From positions 18,422-82,421 of the forward strand of contig JBBQMH010000001.1 in the NCBI GenBank assembly GCA_038328755.1: 64,000 bases of DNA. The letters run 5' to 3'. Both the position numbers and the translations under genes were made by a program. The stretch's first letter is position 1; every line of letters begins with the position of its first letter. The notes under the pieces are model-generated. The model was not told where the DNA came from. It made no database searches and saw only the letters and a program-made list of their open reading frames with translations. Below, in pieces: positions 48,961 through 60,299 of this stretch. This DNA is from Candidatus Limnocylindrales bacterium. GTDB taxonomy: Bacteria > Chloroflexota > Limnocylindria > Limnocylindrales > CSP1-4.

Positions 48961-50178
48961 CTATCCGGCCTCGAGGAGTTCCCTCAGCGCCGATAGGCCG
49001 CGGTGGACCTCCTCGAACGACGTGCACAGCGGGGACAGGCCGATCCGGATCGAGTCGGGCGCGCGGAAGTCCGGAATGACCCCGCGGGCAATCAGCGCTG
49101 CCGTGAGGCGGCGCGCATCGGAGTGGACGATCGAGACGTGGTTGCCCCGTCGGGCCGGATCGCGCGGCGAGCCGAGTGAGCAGCCAAGCGGTGCCAGCCA
49201 TGCGTCCACGAGCGCCACCGCATACGCCGTGAGCGCCACGCCCTTGTCCCGGATTCGCTCGATGCCCGCCTCGACCGAGAGGGCGATCCCGGCCTCGGCC
49301 GCGGCCAGCCCCAGCATCCCAGGCGTTCCCACGAGCCAACCGGCAATCCCGGCGCGGGACTCGAAGCTCGGCCCCATCTCGAACTGATGCGCCTGCGCGA
49401 ACCAGCCCTGGATCGGCGGCCGAAGGTGGTCCTGGAGCTCGCGTCTGACGTACAGATAGGCTGGCGCACCAGGCCCGCCGTTGAGGTACTTGTAGGTGCA
49501 GCCGACCGCGAGGTCGGCGCCACTCGCCTCGAGATTGACTGGCAGCGCCCCGCCGCTGTGGGAGAGATCCCACAGCACGAACGCTCCGGCCCCGCGGGCG
49601 CGCGCCGTGACCTCCGCCAGATCCAGGATGGCCGCCGAGCGGTAGTTGACGTGGGAGAGAACCAGCAGGGCCAGGTCGTCGTCCACCCCGCGCTCGATCT
49701 CCTCGATCGTCAGCCCATCGATCGGGTCATCCTCGAGCCAGCGGATGTCGAGCCCCCTTGCCGCCGCCAGGCCCTCGATCACGTAGCGGTCGGTCGGAAA
49801 TTCCTCCCGGCCGATGGCAATGGCCCGTCGACCGGGGCGAGCATCAAGGGCGGCCGACGCCAGTCGGAACAGGTTGACCGTGGTCGAGTCGGTCACGACA
49901 ACCTCGCCGGGCCGGGCACCCAGGATCGAGGTGCCAAGCAGGTCGCCGACCCGCATCGGGGCGTCGAGCCAGTGGCTCCAGCCGCGGATCAACTCGCCGG
50001 CCCACTCCTCCTCGACCACGCGACGTACGGCGTCCAGCGCCGCCCGTGGCGGACGGCCGAGCGAGTTGCCATCGAGGTAGACCAGGCCGGGATCCGGCCT
50101 CGAGAATCGGGCGCGAAACGTCGCCAGTGGATCGCCGGCGTCGAGCGCCTGCGCGTACTCAACACTCGTGGCATCCAT
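48961..50178 (-). CDS. kynU: kynureninase
   Basis: PLP fold, LDGNSLG, CTYKYLNGGPGAP; ATG 50178 (MDATSVEY). Confidence 0.88.
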   Translation of the reverse strand: MDATSVEYAQALDAGDPLATFRARFSRPDPGLVYLDGNSLGRPPRAALDAVRRVVEEEWAGELIRGWSHWLDAPMRVGDLLGTSILGARPGEVVVTDSTTVNLFRLASAALDARPGRRAIAIGREEFPTDRYVIEGLAAARGLDIRWLEDDPIDGLTIEEIERGVDDDLALLVLSHVNYRSAAILDLAEVTARARGAGAFVLWDLSHSGGALPVNLEASGADLAVGCTYKYLNGGPGAPAYLYVRRELQDHLRPPIQGWFAQAHQFEMGPSFESRAGIAGWLVGTPGMLGLAAAEAGIALSVEAGIERIRDKGVALTAYAVALVDAWLAPLGCSLGSPRDPARRGNHVSIVHSDARRLTAALIARGVIPDFRAPDSIRIGLSPLCTSFEEVHRGLSALRELLEAG

Positions 50179-50281
50179 CGTCGGCAGTCTATCGGTGCCC
50201 GGAATACGAGCGCATCGCGGGCACGTCGCCAAGCCAGATCGTGCCTCGTGCTAGGCTCACGCCCATGACCGGGCCCAACGC

Positions 50282-51508
<1,227 letters not shown>

Positions 51509-51591
51509 GGACGTCGGCGGGGCGCCTGGCGCGAAACCGGCGCAGAACGGGCGCGGAACCGGGCGCACTCCGGGTCGGCGGCTTCGGTAGG

Positions 51592-52671
51592 ATGCCCAGC
51601 ATGTACGCGGTCATCCTCGCCGGGGGCGGCGGCACTCGCCTGTGGCCACTGAGTCGGCCCGAAACGCCCAAGCCGTTCCTTCCGCTCCTGGGTGATTTGT
51701 CGCTCCTCCAACGGACGCTCGCGCGGGTGGTCGGGCATCCGGACCTGGCCGTTGCCCTCGGGGATGTCACGGTCGTGACCGATCGACGCTACGCGGGACT
51801 CGTCCGGGCCCAGTGCCCGGGGGTCCGGGTCATCGCCGAACCGGTCGGTCGGAACACCGCGGCAGCCATCGCCCTCGCAACCGTCCTGGTCGACCGGCCC
51901 GATGACGAGGTCATGCTCGTCCTGCCGGCCGATCACACGATCGCGCGCGAGTCCGTGTTCCGGAACGTCCTGGCCGGAGCAGCCCGGCTGGCCGGCGGGA
52001 CCCCCGGCGTCCGGGCGCCGCTCGTGACCCTCGGGATCCACGTGGATCGACCCGCGACCGAATACGGCTACCTGCTCCCTGGTCCAGATGGTCAGCAGGA
52101 CGTCGACGGTCTCCGGGTCGCCCCCCTGCTCGCCTTCGAGGAGAAGCCAACCATCGAACGCGCCACCGAGTTGATTGACGTTCCCGGGATCGCCTGGAAC
52201 GCGGGGATCTTCGTCTGGCAGCGGACCGCGATCCGGGACGCACTCGAGCGCTACACGGGGCTCATCACGCTGCTTGAGCCGGTGGCGCACAGCGAGAGTG
52301 GCCTGGCGGCCGCCTACGACCAGCTTCGCGGGATCTCGATCGATCGCGCGGTGATGGAGAGCGCCGCGAGCGACCGGCGCGTCGTGATGGCGGCGATGAA
52401 CGCCGGCTGGAGCGATCTCGGCAGCTGGAGTGCGCTGCTCGGAGCCATCGGGGCTCGAGGCAGCGGAGCGGTCATCCAGCCGAATGCGACCGCTGAGGCG
52501 GGCCCGAACGATCTCGTGGTCGATCGGGTCGATGGGCATCTCACGGTCCTGTCCGGACCGCGGGGTATCCTCGCCTCGACGCCGGTGGCGCTGCTCCGCA
52601 ATGCTGCCCCCGATCGCGGGGCGGTGGAGGCGCTCGTGGAACGCGTGAACCGCTGGGAGGATCCCTCGTGA
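51592..52671 (+). CDS. manC: mannose-1-phosphate guanylyltransferase (nucleotidyltransferase domain only)
   Basis: YAVILAGGGGTRLWPLS NTP-transferase motif. Confidence 0.85.
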   Translation: MPSMYAVILAGGGGTRLWPLSRPETPKPFLPLLGDLSLLQRTLARVVGHPDLAVALGDVTVVTDRRYAGLVRAQCPGVRVIAEPVGRNTAAAIALATVLVDRPDDEVMLVLPADHTIARESVFRNVLAGAARLAGGTPGVRAPLVTLGIHVDRPATEYGYLLPGPDGQQDVDGLRVAPLLAFEEKPTIERATELIDVPGIAWNAGIFVWQRTAIRDALERYTGLITLLEPVAHSESGLAAAYDQLRGISIDRAVMESAASDRRVVMAAMNAGWSDLGSWSALLGAIGARGSGAVIQPNATAEAGPNDLVVDRVDGHLTVLSGPRGILASTPVALLRNAAPDRGAVEALVERVNRWEDPS

Positions 52672-54134
52672 CCGACGCCCCCGCCAGGATCGTCTTTGGC
52701 ACGGACGGCTGGCGCGCCCGGATCGCCGAGGACTTCACGTTCGAGGCGGTGCGGCGGTGCGCCGATGGCGTGGCGCGCTACGTGATCGATCGCGGCGAAC
52801 AGGCCAAGGGCGTCGTCATCGCCTACGACCGCCGGTTCGCGTCGGAGCACTTCGCGATGGCGGCCTCTGAGGTCCTCCTGGCCAACGACATCCCGGTCGC
52901 GTTCTCGGCGACCGCCGTACCGACGCAGATGAGTTCGTACGAGGTCGTCGAGCGCGGCGCGTCCGCCGGAATCGTGATCACCGCCAGCCACAACCCGTGG
53001 ACCGACAACGGGTTCAAGGTCAAGTCGCCGACCGGATCGGCCGCGGGACCGGACATGCTCAAGATCATCGAGGCCGGGATCGCCTCCAACGGGGGCGTCA
53101 CGCTGCCCCGTCGGCCGATCGCCGACGCCGAGGCTGCCGGGATGTTCGAGCGCTTCGATCCCTACGACGGCTACGAGCGCTACGTTCGCCGGACCGTTGA
53201 CGTCGATGCACTCAAGGCTGCGGACGCCAGGATCCTGGTCGAGCCGATGTGGGGTGCCGGCGCCGGCTGGATCAGCCGCATTCTCGGCGGCGGGCGAATC
53301 AGCGTCACGGAGATTCACCAGGAGCGGAACCCGTACTTCGGCGGCGTCAACCCGGAGCCGATTCGACCCAATATCGACGAGGCGCTTGGGATGCTGGCCG
53401 CGGGTGGGTACGACCTCGGCCTCCTCCTCGACGGCGACGCGGACCGTGCCGGGGCCGCCGATGAGCGGGGTACGTTTATCCACCAGCTCGAAGTGACCGG
53501 CCTCCTGATGTACTACTTGGCCGAGTACCGGGAACTGCGCTTGCCCGTGGCGATCTCCGTCAACAACACCTCGATGGCCGCCCGGCTCGGGAAGCACTTT
53601 GGCATCGAGGTCCACGAGACCCCGGTCGGCTTCAAGTACATCGGGCCGAAGATGATCGAGACCGGTGCCATGATGGGCGCCGAGGAGAGCGGTGGCTTCG
53701 GGTTCGGGATGCACCTGCCGGAGCGCGACGGGATCTACGCCGACCTGCTCCTGCTGGACCTGTTCCTGCGGGAACGAGAGCGCGGCCGGGCAACGGTCTC
53801 TGAGGCGTTGGCGGCCTTCCACGAGCTGGCCGGACCGTCGTTCTACCGGCGGATCGACGTCCACTTTGAGCGGGCGGAGTACGACGGAGTCAAGCGCCAC
53901 GTCCTGGTCGGACTCCGCGATGAGCCACCGGCCCAGCTGGCCGGCCAGCCCGTCACGAGCACCCAGATCCTGTCCACCAACGACGGCTTCAAGTTCTTCG
54001 TCGCGGACGGCAGCTGGCTCCTGGTCCGCGCCTCGGGAACCGAGCCGCTGATGCGGATCTATACGGAGGCCACCTCGGCCGATCTGCGCGAGGCAATGCT
54101 CGTTTCCGGCGAGCAACTGGTCCGCGGAAACTGA
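52668..54134 (+). CDS. manB: phosphomannomutase/phosphoglucomutase
   Basis: FGTDGWR; ITASHNP active-site Ser motif; GEESGG. Confidence 0.9.
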   Translation: MTDAPARIVFGTDGWRARIAEDFTFEAVRRCADGVARYVIDRGEQAKGVVIAYDRRFASEHFAMAASEVLLANDIPVAFSATAVPTQMSSYEVVERGASAGIVITASHNPWTDNGFKVKSPTGSAAGPDMLKIIEAGIASNGGVTLPRRPIADAEAAGMFERFDPYDGYERYVRRTVDVDALKAADARILVEPMWGAGAGWISRILGGGRISVTEIHQERNPYFGGVNPEPIRPNIDEALGMLAAGGYDLGLLLDGDADRAGAADERGTFIHQLEVTGLLMYYLAEYRELRLPVAISVNNTSMAARLGKHFGIEVHETPVGFKYIGPKMIETGAMMGAEESGGFGFGMHLPERDGIYADLLLLDLFLRERERGRATVSEALAAFHELAGPSFYRRIDVHFERAEYDGVKRHVLVGLRDEPPAQLAGQPVTSTQILSTNDGFKFFVADGSWLLVRASGTEPLMRIYTEATSADLREAMLVSGEQLVRGN

Positions 54135-54136
54135 CG

Positions 54137-54526
54137 ATGGGATCGGAGGACGCCACGTCGAGCGCTGGATCGCGGCGGGTCGACAAGCCGTGGGGCCACG
54201 AGGTGATCTGGGCGCATACGGAGCGATACGTGGGCAAGACCCTCGTCATCGAAGCCGGGCGTCGCCTCTCGTATCAACTCCACGACGTCAAGGACGAGTG
54301 GATCCGTGTCGTTTCCGGACGCCTCCTTCTGACCCTGGAGGATGCTGCTGGCGTCGATCGAGACCTCGAGCTTGGGCCTGGTGCGGACGCCCATATCCAG
54401 ACCGGTCGACGGCACCGCTTCGCCGCCATCGAACGCTGCGAGCTCATCGAAGTGTCCACGCCCGAGCTCGACGACGTGGTCCGCCTGGCCGACGATTTCG
54501 GCCGCGAGGGAACGCGCGCCCCCTGA
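54137..54526 (+). CDS. cupin domain protein (mannose-6-phosphate isomerase type II-like)
   Basis: KPWGHEVIW...SYQLH cupin motifs; directly follows manB. Confidence 0.7.
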   Translation: MGSEDATSSAGSRRVDKPWGHEVIWAHTERYVGKTLVIEAGRRLSYQLHDVKDEWIRVVSGRLLLTLEDAAGVDRDLELGPGADAHIQTGRRHRFAAIERCELIEVSTPELDDVVRLADDFGREGTRAP

Positions 54527-54685
54527 CGGGGGCACGGGGAACGCGCGCCCCCTGACATCGGTCACGGCTGTTGCGCCCGGGCCCGCGGGTGTAGGCTGTC
54601 CCCGCGACCGCTTCGCCTGGTCGATGGTGCAATGACCGGACGGCGGCTCGCCAGCAGCCCCTGCGGGGGCCGGAGGTCGAGCCAG

Positions 54686-54964
54686 ATGCACAGCTCCCTG
54701 ATCGGTAAGGTCGAGAAGGCCAATCGGTACGCCCGCGAACTCGATCGCATTTCGCTCGATCGACTCTCGCTCACATTCCGCGGCGACAACGACACGCACC
54801 AGGTCAGTCTCGAATCCGGTCAGTGGCATTGCACCTGCCACTATTTCGAAAGCTGGGGTGCCTGCGTGCACCTCCTTGCCCTTCAGAAGGTCTTCGGCGT
54901 GATGCTGCCCGAGGAGGCTCAGGTCTCCATCTTCGGGAGTCCCGCGACGGTTGCCTCGGCCTGA
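54686..54964 (+). CDS. SWIM zinc-finger protein (92 aa)
   Basis: WHCTCHYFESWGACVHLLA (CxCx9CxH); GGAGG RBS. Confidence 0.55.
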   Translation: MHSSLIGKVEKANRYARELDRISLDRLSLTFRGDNDTHQVSLESGQWHCTCHYFESWGACVHLLALQKVFGVMLPEEAQVSIFGSPATVASA

Positions 54965-55008
54965 CCCCGACGGTCGCGAGGGGCCGTCCATCAATTCGTA
55001 GTTCAGAC

Positions 55009-55033
55009 GACCCGCCCGGAAACCGGGCGGGTC
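55009..55033. terminator. bidirectional hairpin GACCCGCCCGG-AAA-CCGGGCGGGTC between convergent genes
   Basis: Perfect 11-bp stem, 3-nt loop. Confidence 0.6.
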
Positions 55034-55050
55034 GATCGTTGTGGTGCGGG

Positions 55051-55638
55051 TCAGCGGACAGTCACCGCCCAGAAGGTCGTCCCGTCGCCGCGGGCGTCGG
55101 CCCGGAACAGCCGGACGGCCAGGACCCAGCGGCCCACCGGAAGTGAGCCGAGTGCGACGTCCTGGACGGCGGCCCCGCCCTCCTGCTCGGCCACGCGCCG
55201 GGCGAGTGACCCGGTCGTGTCGTCCCAGGCTGCGAGGTCGGCGACCCAACCATTGATCGAGCCACCGTCAAGCAGTCGAACGGACACCGGCTGACCGGCC
55301 CCCGCCTCGACACCGATCAGCGATCCGAACGGCAGCCAGGGAGCGTCACTGCCCTGCCCATCGATGGTGTACGAACCGAGTTCACCCTTGGTGGCGGCGT
55401 CCTCCGTGACGAGGACGGCCGTCGCCGCCATCGAGGCCGCGAGATCCGGCCCGATGGACTCTGTGGACATCGGCGATTCAGACGCCGTCGCCGCTGACGT
55501 CGCCGCTGAGACCCCGGGTGACCCGGACGGAGCTCCGGCACCTGCCGAGCATCCGAGCCCCGAGATGCTCACCAGGAGGCTCAGCCCGAGGAGACGGAGC
55601 GCAGCCCGCGTTGCGCCACGGCCCAGGATGGAGTTCAC
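55051..55638 (-). CDS. hypothetical lipoprotein (195 aa from GTG)
   Basis: LLGLSLLVSISGLGCSAG lipobox; Ser/Ala-rich linker. Confidence 0.55.
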   Translation of the reverse strand: MNSILGRGATRAALRLLGLSLLVSISGLGCSAGAGAPSGSPGVSAATSAATASESPMSTESIGPDLAASMAATAVLVTEDAATKGELGSYTIDGQGSDAPWLPFGSLIGVEAGAGQPVSVRLLDGGSINGWVADLAAWDDTTGSLARRVAEQEGGAAVQDVALGSLPVGRWVLAVRLFRADARGDGTTFWAVTVR

Positions 55639-56744
55639 GAGAGCGGCCCGCCGACCCGTGACACGGCGACCTTCGAATGGTTCCCGGTGCACGCCGCCTT
55701 GGCGCAGGTGCCGACCATCACCTTGACGATCGCCGACGTCGCCGCGAGGGCTCCGTCCCCCGACACGGGAGAGAAGACGGCCCGCCATTCATAGGTGGCC
55801 GCGGCCGCCAGGGTCAGCGCGTAGCTGCCCTCGATGGTACTGCTGGCTGAGAGGGTCCCGGCCGACGACCAGGTCGCAGTCCCCGGCGTGCGCCGTTGGA
55901 GCGTCACGGTCCGGCCGCTGACCGGATCGTTGGCAAGCGCTCCGTTCGAACTGGCAGATGTCGTGCGCAGGGACGCGGTCAGCTTCACGCTGCCGCCGGC
56001 CCACGTGCTCGTCGGACTGGCCGACAGGACCAGCGTGGTGGGGATGGCCAGGCACGACGAAAACAGAACGCGCGGGCTCTGCCGGTCGTATTCGAGCTGG
56101 AGTCGAGCCGTATCGCACCGGGAAAACGCGTGATTCTGCCAGCCGGCTGCCGGGCGAGCACGGGCCACGGTCTGGACGATGGCATCGCCATAATCCGACC
56201 CGTTGGCAAGGTTCGCGTGATGACCCAGGATCTCCACGTGGCCGAACTCGTCGAGGGCCACGTTCTCGACATCGAAGCAGCCGTTGACCGGGGTTGAGAG
56301 GGCCTGGCACCAGCGCAGGGCGCCCCAGTCGAAGACGTAGCCGTGGGCCCGGAACCACATCCGGAAGGACGACGGTGCCCCGGCCCGACTGAAGCACGCG
56401 ATTCCAGCCGGTGTACAGCCGGTCGGTTCCCCGTAGGCGATGAGGCTGGCCGAACCGGAACTCACACGCGAGAACGTCGCGGCCCGCGATGCCCGGGTCA
56501 GGCTCGCGTCGGCGGCCGCGGCATCGATGGCCGGAGCCATCCACGACGGTGGCGTCTGGCCGCTTCGCCATTGGTACTTGAGCGCCTGGTTCGACGCCCA
56601 GCGCGTCCCGCCGACGTTCGGGTCGGGTCCGTGCGCCCCGGCCGGGCCAGCCAGGCCGCCGATCAGTGCCGCAGCCAGGGCCACGGCCGAAAAGATCGCC
56701 CGGCGGCGTCGGTGCGTCGGCACCCGGTGGGTCATGGTCGTCAT
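55635..56744 (-). CDS. hypothetical secreted protein with Tat-like signal and C-terminal Ig-like Ser/Thr-rich domain
   Basis: HRRRRAIFSAVALAAALIGGLAGPAGA; DEFGHVEILGHH possible metal site; overlaps flanking genes by 4 nt. Confidence 0.6.
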   Translation of the reverse strand: MTTMTHRVPTHRRRRAIFSAVALAAALIGGLAGPAGAHGPDPNVGGTRWASNQALKYQWRSGQTPPSWMAPAIDAAAADASLTRASRAATFSRVSSGSASLIAYGEPTGCTPAGIACFSRAGAPSSFRMWFRAHGYVFDWGALRWCQALSTPVNGCFDVENVALDEFGHVEILGHHANLANGSDYGDAIVQTVARARPAAGWQNHAFSRCDTARLQLEYDRQSPRVLFSSCLAIPTTLVLSASPTSTWAGGSVKLTASLRTTSASSNGALANDPVSGRTVTLQRRTPGTATWSSAGTLSASSTIEGSYALTLAAAATYEWRAVFSPVSGDGALAATSAIVKVMVGTCAKAACTGNHSKVAVSRVGGPLS

Positions 56745-57937
56745 GGGAGTACCCCCTCGTTCTCGGTGGCGGGTTCATGGAAGCTGGCGCCGACATCGAG
56801 CGCCTCTGGGGTCCCGTCGGCGCGAATGACTCCGACGGCCCGCGGGATGGTCTCGATCCCGGCGACCCTGGACGAACCGGCGAGCGGCAGAGCCCCGTCG
56901 GCAAGGCTCCCGAGCGAGTGGCGGTCCCCCGACTCGAGGTCGATGGCCTCGATGGTGGTCTCCGGGCCTGACCCGGCGATGGCCACGACGAGGCCGTCGG
57001 CGGACGTGGCGGCGGCGATTACCGCGGAGGCGATCTCCGTTGGCGGTCCTCCAGCTACGCCGAATGAGAGGACCGGGCACGGCACTCCGTCGCACTCGCC
57101 CATGGCCACCAGCCGCTGACCGACGAACCCGATGATGGCTCCGTGGCCTCCGGTGATGGAAGTGACGGCACCGCTCAGGCGATCCTGGATCCTTGTCAGG
57201 CACGTCTCCGGATCGCAGGACTGGACCGCCAGGTACGCGCCGTCGGCAGACGCCTGGACATCCGTGGCCCAGATCCGTTCGATGCCCGTCTCATAGAGCA
57301 CTGACGCGTCAGGCGGTGGCAGGACCAGGCTTCGCGCCCCGCCGTCTTCCGGGACGAGCCAGATCCCGAGATCGCTCCGGGTCTCGCGATCGAGGAGATG
57401 GACGAGGATTCCGCCGCCGGCCGGGTCGATGACCGCCCGCCGGGCGATGGCTCCGTCGATGTTGATCTCCTCGGTGCAGGCGCGGTGCGGCTTGACGAGG
57501 TGAATGATCGACGCCGTGCCATCGTCCTCGGCGACCGTGACGACACCGTTGCGTGGGCCGGCAACGACGCTGGCGGGGCCGACCCGGAGGACGGAAGTTC
57601 GCGAACCCTGCGCCCCGAACGTCAGGTCCCATCCGGACAGGGCGCCATTCGTATCGAGGCGGAGCGCGGCTCGCCACCACGCGCCGGTTGTTGCTGGGGT
57701 CGATACCGGGGTGCGACCGGCATCCGCGGCGCGTCCTGCCTCCGGACGGCAGGCGGTGAGCGGATTGGGCTTCGGTTGGGAAGCCGAGAGGACCCAGGGC
57801 GCGGCGCGGACGGTCAGTCCGGTCATGAGCACCGCCACCAGGGGCGGACCAAGGAGTGCGAGCAATCGATGCCTCGATGTCACCGTCGATACCTCCTCCG
57901 GCGAGGGCGGGAGGAAGGCGGATACCGGCAGTTTCAC
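56741..57937 (-). CDS. membrane-anchored hypothetical protein, beta-propeller-like periplasmic domain
   Basis: N-terminal anchor LLALLGPPLVAVLMTGLTV; repetitive beta-strand-like segments. Confidence 0.55.
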   Translation of the reverse strand: MKLPVSAFLPPSPEEVSTVTSRHRLLALLGPPLVAVLMTGLTVRAAPWVLSASQPKPNPLTACRPEAGRAADAGRTPVSTPATTGAWWRAALRLDTNGALSGWDLTFGAQGSRTSVLRVGPASVVAGPRNGVVTVAEDDGTASIIHLVKPHRACTEEINIDGAIARRAVIDPAGGGILVHLLDRETRSDLGIWLVPEDGGARSLVLPPPDASVLYETGIERIWATDVQASADGAYLAVQSCDPETCLTRIQDRLSGAVTSITGGHGAIIGFVGQRLVAMGECDGVPCPVLSFGVAGGPPTEIASAVIAAATSADGLVVAIAGSGPETTIEAIDLESGDRHSLGSLADGALPLAGSSRVAGIETIPRAVGVIRADGTPEALDVGASFHEPATENEGVLP

Positions 57938-58227
57938 GGGGGGCGCTTATCGGGCACTCACTCGACTACGGGCGCCCGGTGGTACGCTTCGATCGACCGC
58001 AATTTGCGGTTCGCCGAACAGTCGCGAAGCCGGTGTGATTCCGGCACAGTCCCGCTACGGTGATCGTCGCTCAGGCGACGTAAGTCCGGTCGCCGACGCT
58101 CGGTGGATGCACGACCTTCGAGAGAAAGGGTGGCTCCACACATGATCCCGACCGACTGACCGGCGGCGCGTCCCCACGACCCGCGAACCCTGCGTTCGCC
58201 CACCCCCCCGGTCGGAGACCCGCTCCC

Positions 58228-59217
58228 ATGTCTGGCTTTACCTTCCCACGCGCCGTCTTCTCAGGACTGGCCCTCACCCTGGCGACAGCCGTCCTCCTCG
58301 CCGCCTGTGGTGGCGCATCCGCAACACCGAAAGCGACACCCACGCCCATCGCAACCGTCGCTCCAACCGCGACCCTGACGCCGACGCTGGCCCCGGCATT
58401 CCCGATGACGGTGATCGATGACGAAGGCACGACGGTCACGATCCCTGCCAGGCCCGCGGCGATCGTGTCCCTGACCCCGGCCGCGACCGAGACGCTGTTC
58501 GCGATCGGCGCGAGCTCCCAGGTGGTCGCCAAGGTCGAAGACATCACGCCCTACCCACCAGAGGCAGACCAGCTGCCCGTCGTCGCCACCTACAAGGGCG
58601 TCGATATCGAGAAGATCGTGACCCTGAACGCCGACCTGGTGATCGCCGGAGGCCTCGGGTTCACGCCCCCGGCCGCCGTCGCGCAGCTCCGCAGCCTGGG
58701 CATCCCCGTCCTCGTCCTGTATGCGACCTCGGTGGACGGCGCGCTGGCCGGCATCACAGGCATCGGGCGCGCCACCGGCAACGAGGCGGCGGCCACTGCG
58801 CTCAGCCAGAGCATGCGGGCCGAGATCGATCGCCTCGCGGGATTGACGAGCGGACTGTCGAGGCCAAAGACGTTCTACGAGATCGATGCGACCTCGGATA
58901 TCTATACCGTGCCGGCCGGATCCCTCTACGACGAGCTGCTGACCCTCGCCGGCGCGGACCCGATCACGACGGACTCGAGTTATCAGATCTCGCTGGAGAC
59001 CCTGATCACCGCGAATCCCGAGGTGATCCTGCTCGGTGATGGCGGCTACACGACCCCGGACGACGTGGCGGCACGCCCGAACTGGGCGGGTATCAAGGCC
59101 GTGGCCGATGGCGCGATCTACCCGGTTGATGACACGCTGATCACCCGGCCCGGTCCGCGTCTCGTCGATGGGCTTCGGGCCCTCATCACGGTCCTCCATC
59201 CGGAGGTCCAGCCCTAG
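58228..59217 (+). CDS. ABC transporter periplasmic substrate-binding lipoprotein (cobalamin/iron-siderophore type)
   Basis: Lipobox LLAACGG; BtuF/FecB-like fold pattern. Confidence 0.85.
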   Translation: MSGFTFPRAVFSGLALTLATAVLLAACGGASATPKATPTPIATVAPTATLTPTLAPAFPMTVIDDEGTTVTIPARPAAIVSLTPAATETLFAIGASSQVVAKVEDITPYPPEADQLPVVATYKGVDIEKIVTLNADLVIAGGLGFTPPAAVAQLRSLGIPVLVLYATSVDGALAGITGIGRATGNEAAATALSQSMRAEIDRLAGLTSGLSRPKTFYEIDATSDIYTVPAGSLYDELLTLAGADPITTDSSYQISLETLITANPEVILLGDGGYTTPDDVAARPNWAGIKAVADGAIYPVDDTLITRPGPRLVDGLRALITVLHPEVQP

Positions 59218-59219
59218 TC

Positions 59220-60299
59220 ATGCCCGCCCGCGCCGGTGCCCTTCTCGGGCGTCCGCAACCGATCCTCCGGACGGTGATCGGCCGGCGGCCACTCGTGGTG
59301 GCGGTGATCGGGATCGTCCTGCTCAGCGTCATCGCGGTGGCGGGCATTGCCGCCGGTACCGTGGCGATCGCGCCCGGCGATACGGTCGCCATCCTGGCCC
59401 ATCGGCTTCTCGGACTGGACCTGACTCGGACCTGGACAGCGGCCGCGGAGACGATCGTTCTTGACCTGCGCCTGCCTCGCGTGCTGACTGCTGCCGTCGT
59501 TGGGGCCGGGCTGGCAGTCGCCGGCGCCGCGTTCCAGGGCCTGCTGCGCAACCCGCTGGCTGACCCGTACGTGCTCGGAACAGCGTCCGGTGCAGCCCTT
59601 GGGGCGTCTCTCGCGGTGATCATCCCGGTCCGAGCCTTGTTCCTCCAGTTCGGGCTGCTCCACGCCCTCGCCTTTCTCGGCGCGCTCGGCGCGGTCTTCG
59701 TCGTCTATCGACTGTCGCGGCTGGGTTCACGGGCACCGATGACGAGCCTGCTGCTGACGGGCTATGCGGTGAGCTCGCTGCTGGCAGCCGGGCTGGCGAT
59801 GGCGATGTACCTGTCCGGCGCGGGTCTACGCCAGATCTTCGCCTACCTCCTCGGAGGGTTCGAGGCGTCGTCGTGGGGACGCTTCGCCGTCGCGGCGCCG
59901 CTCATCATCGCGGCGAGCGTGGTGATCTTCCTGCGCGCGCGGTCGCTCAACGGCATGTTGCTCGGCGAGGAGGCCGCCGCCCACCTGGGCGTCGATGTCC
60001 GGCGCGAACGCGCGATCCTGCTGGCCGTGGCCTCGCTGGCCACCGCGGCCTCGGTGGCGATATCCGGCCTCATCGGCTTCGTCGGCCTCGTGGCGCCCCA
60101 TGTCGTCCGGCTCATCGTCGGCCCGAATGCTCGGCTCGTCCTGCCGCTGGCGGCGCTTCTCGGAGCGAGCCTGATGGTCGGCGCCGACCTGGTTGCGCGA
60201 CTGCTCGGCGAAATTCCGGTCGGAGTCGTGACCGCGGTGGTCGGCGCTCCGTTCTTCCTGGCCCTCCTGCGGCGAGCCCAGTCCGGGTACGAGCTGTGA
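59220..60299 (+). CDS. FecCD-family ABC permease (BtuC-like)
   Basis: FecCD motifs incl. LLGEEAAAHLGV...; 9-10 TM. Confidence 0.9.
   Translation: MPARAGALLGRPQPILRTVIGRRPLVVAVIGIVLLSVIAVAGIAAGTVAIAPGDTVAILAHRLLGLDLTRTWTAAAETIVLDLRLPRVLTAAVVGAGLAVAGAAFQGLLRNPLADPYVLGTASGAALGASLAVIIPVRALFLQFGLLHALAFLGALGAVFVVYRLSRLGSRAPMTSLLLTGYAVSSLLAAGLAMAMYLSGAGLRQIFAYLLGGFEASSWGRFAVAAPLIIAASVVIFLRARSLNGMLLGEEAAAHLGVDVRRERAILLAVASLATAASVAISGLIGFVGLVAPHVVRLIVGPNARLVLPLAALLGASLMVGADLVARLLGEIPVGVVTAVVGAPFFLALLRRAQSGYEL

Noticed and set aside
50179-50281. SAM riboswitch upstream of metK
   Set aside because: The kynU-metK divergent intergenic region is only ~100 nt and lacks recognisable SAM-I/SAM-IV conserved blocks; too short once promoters are accounted for.
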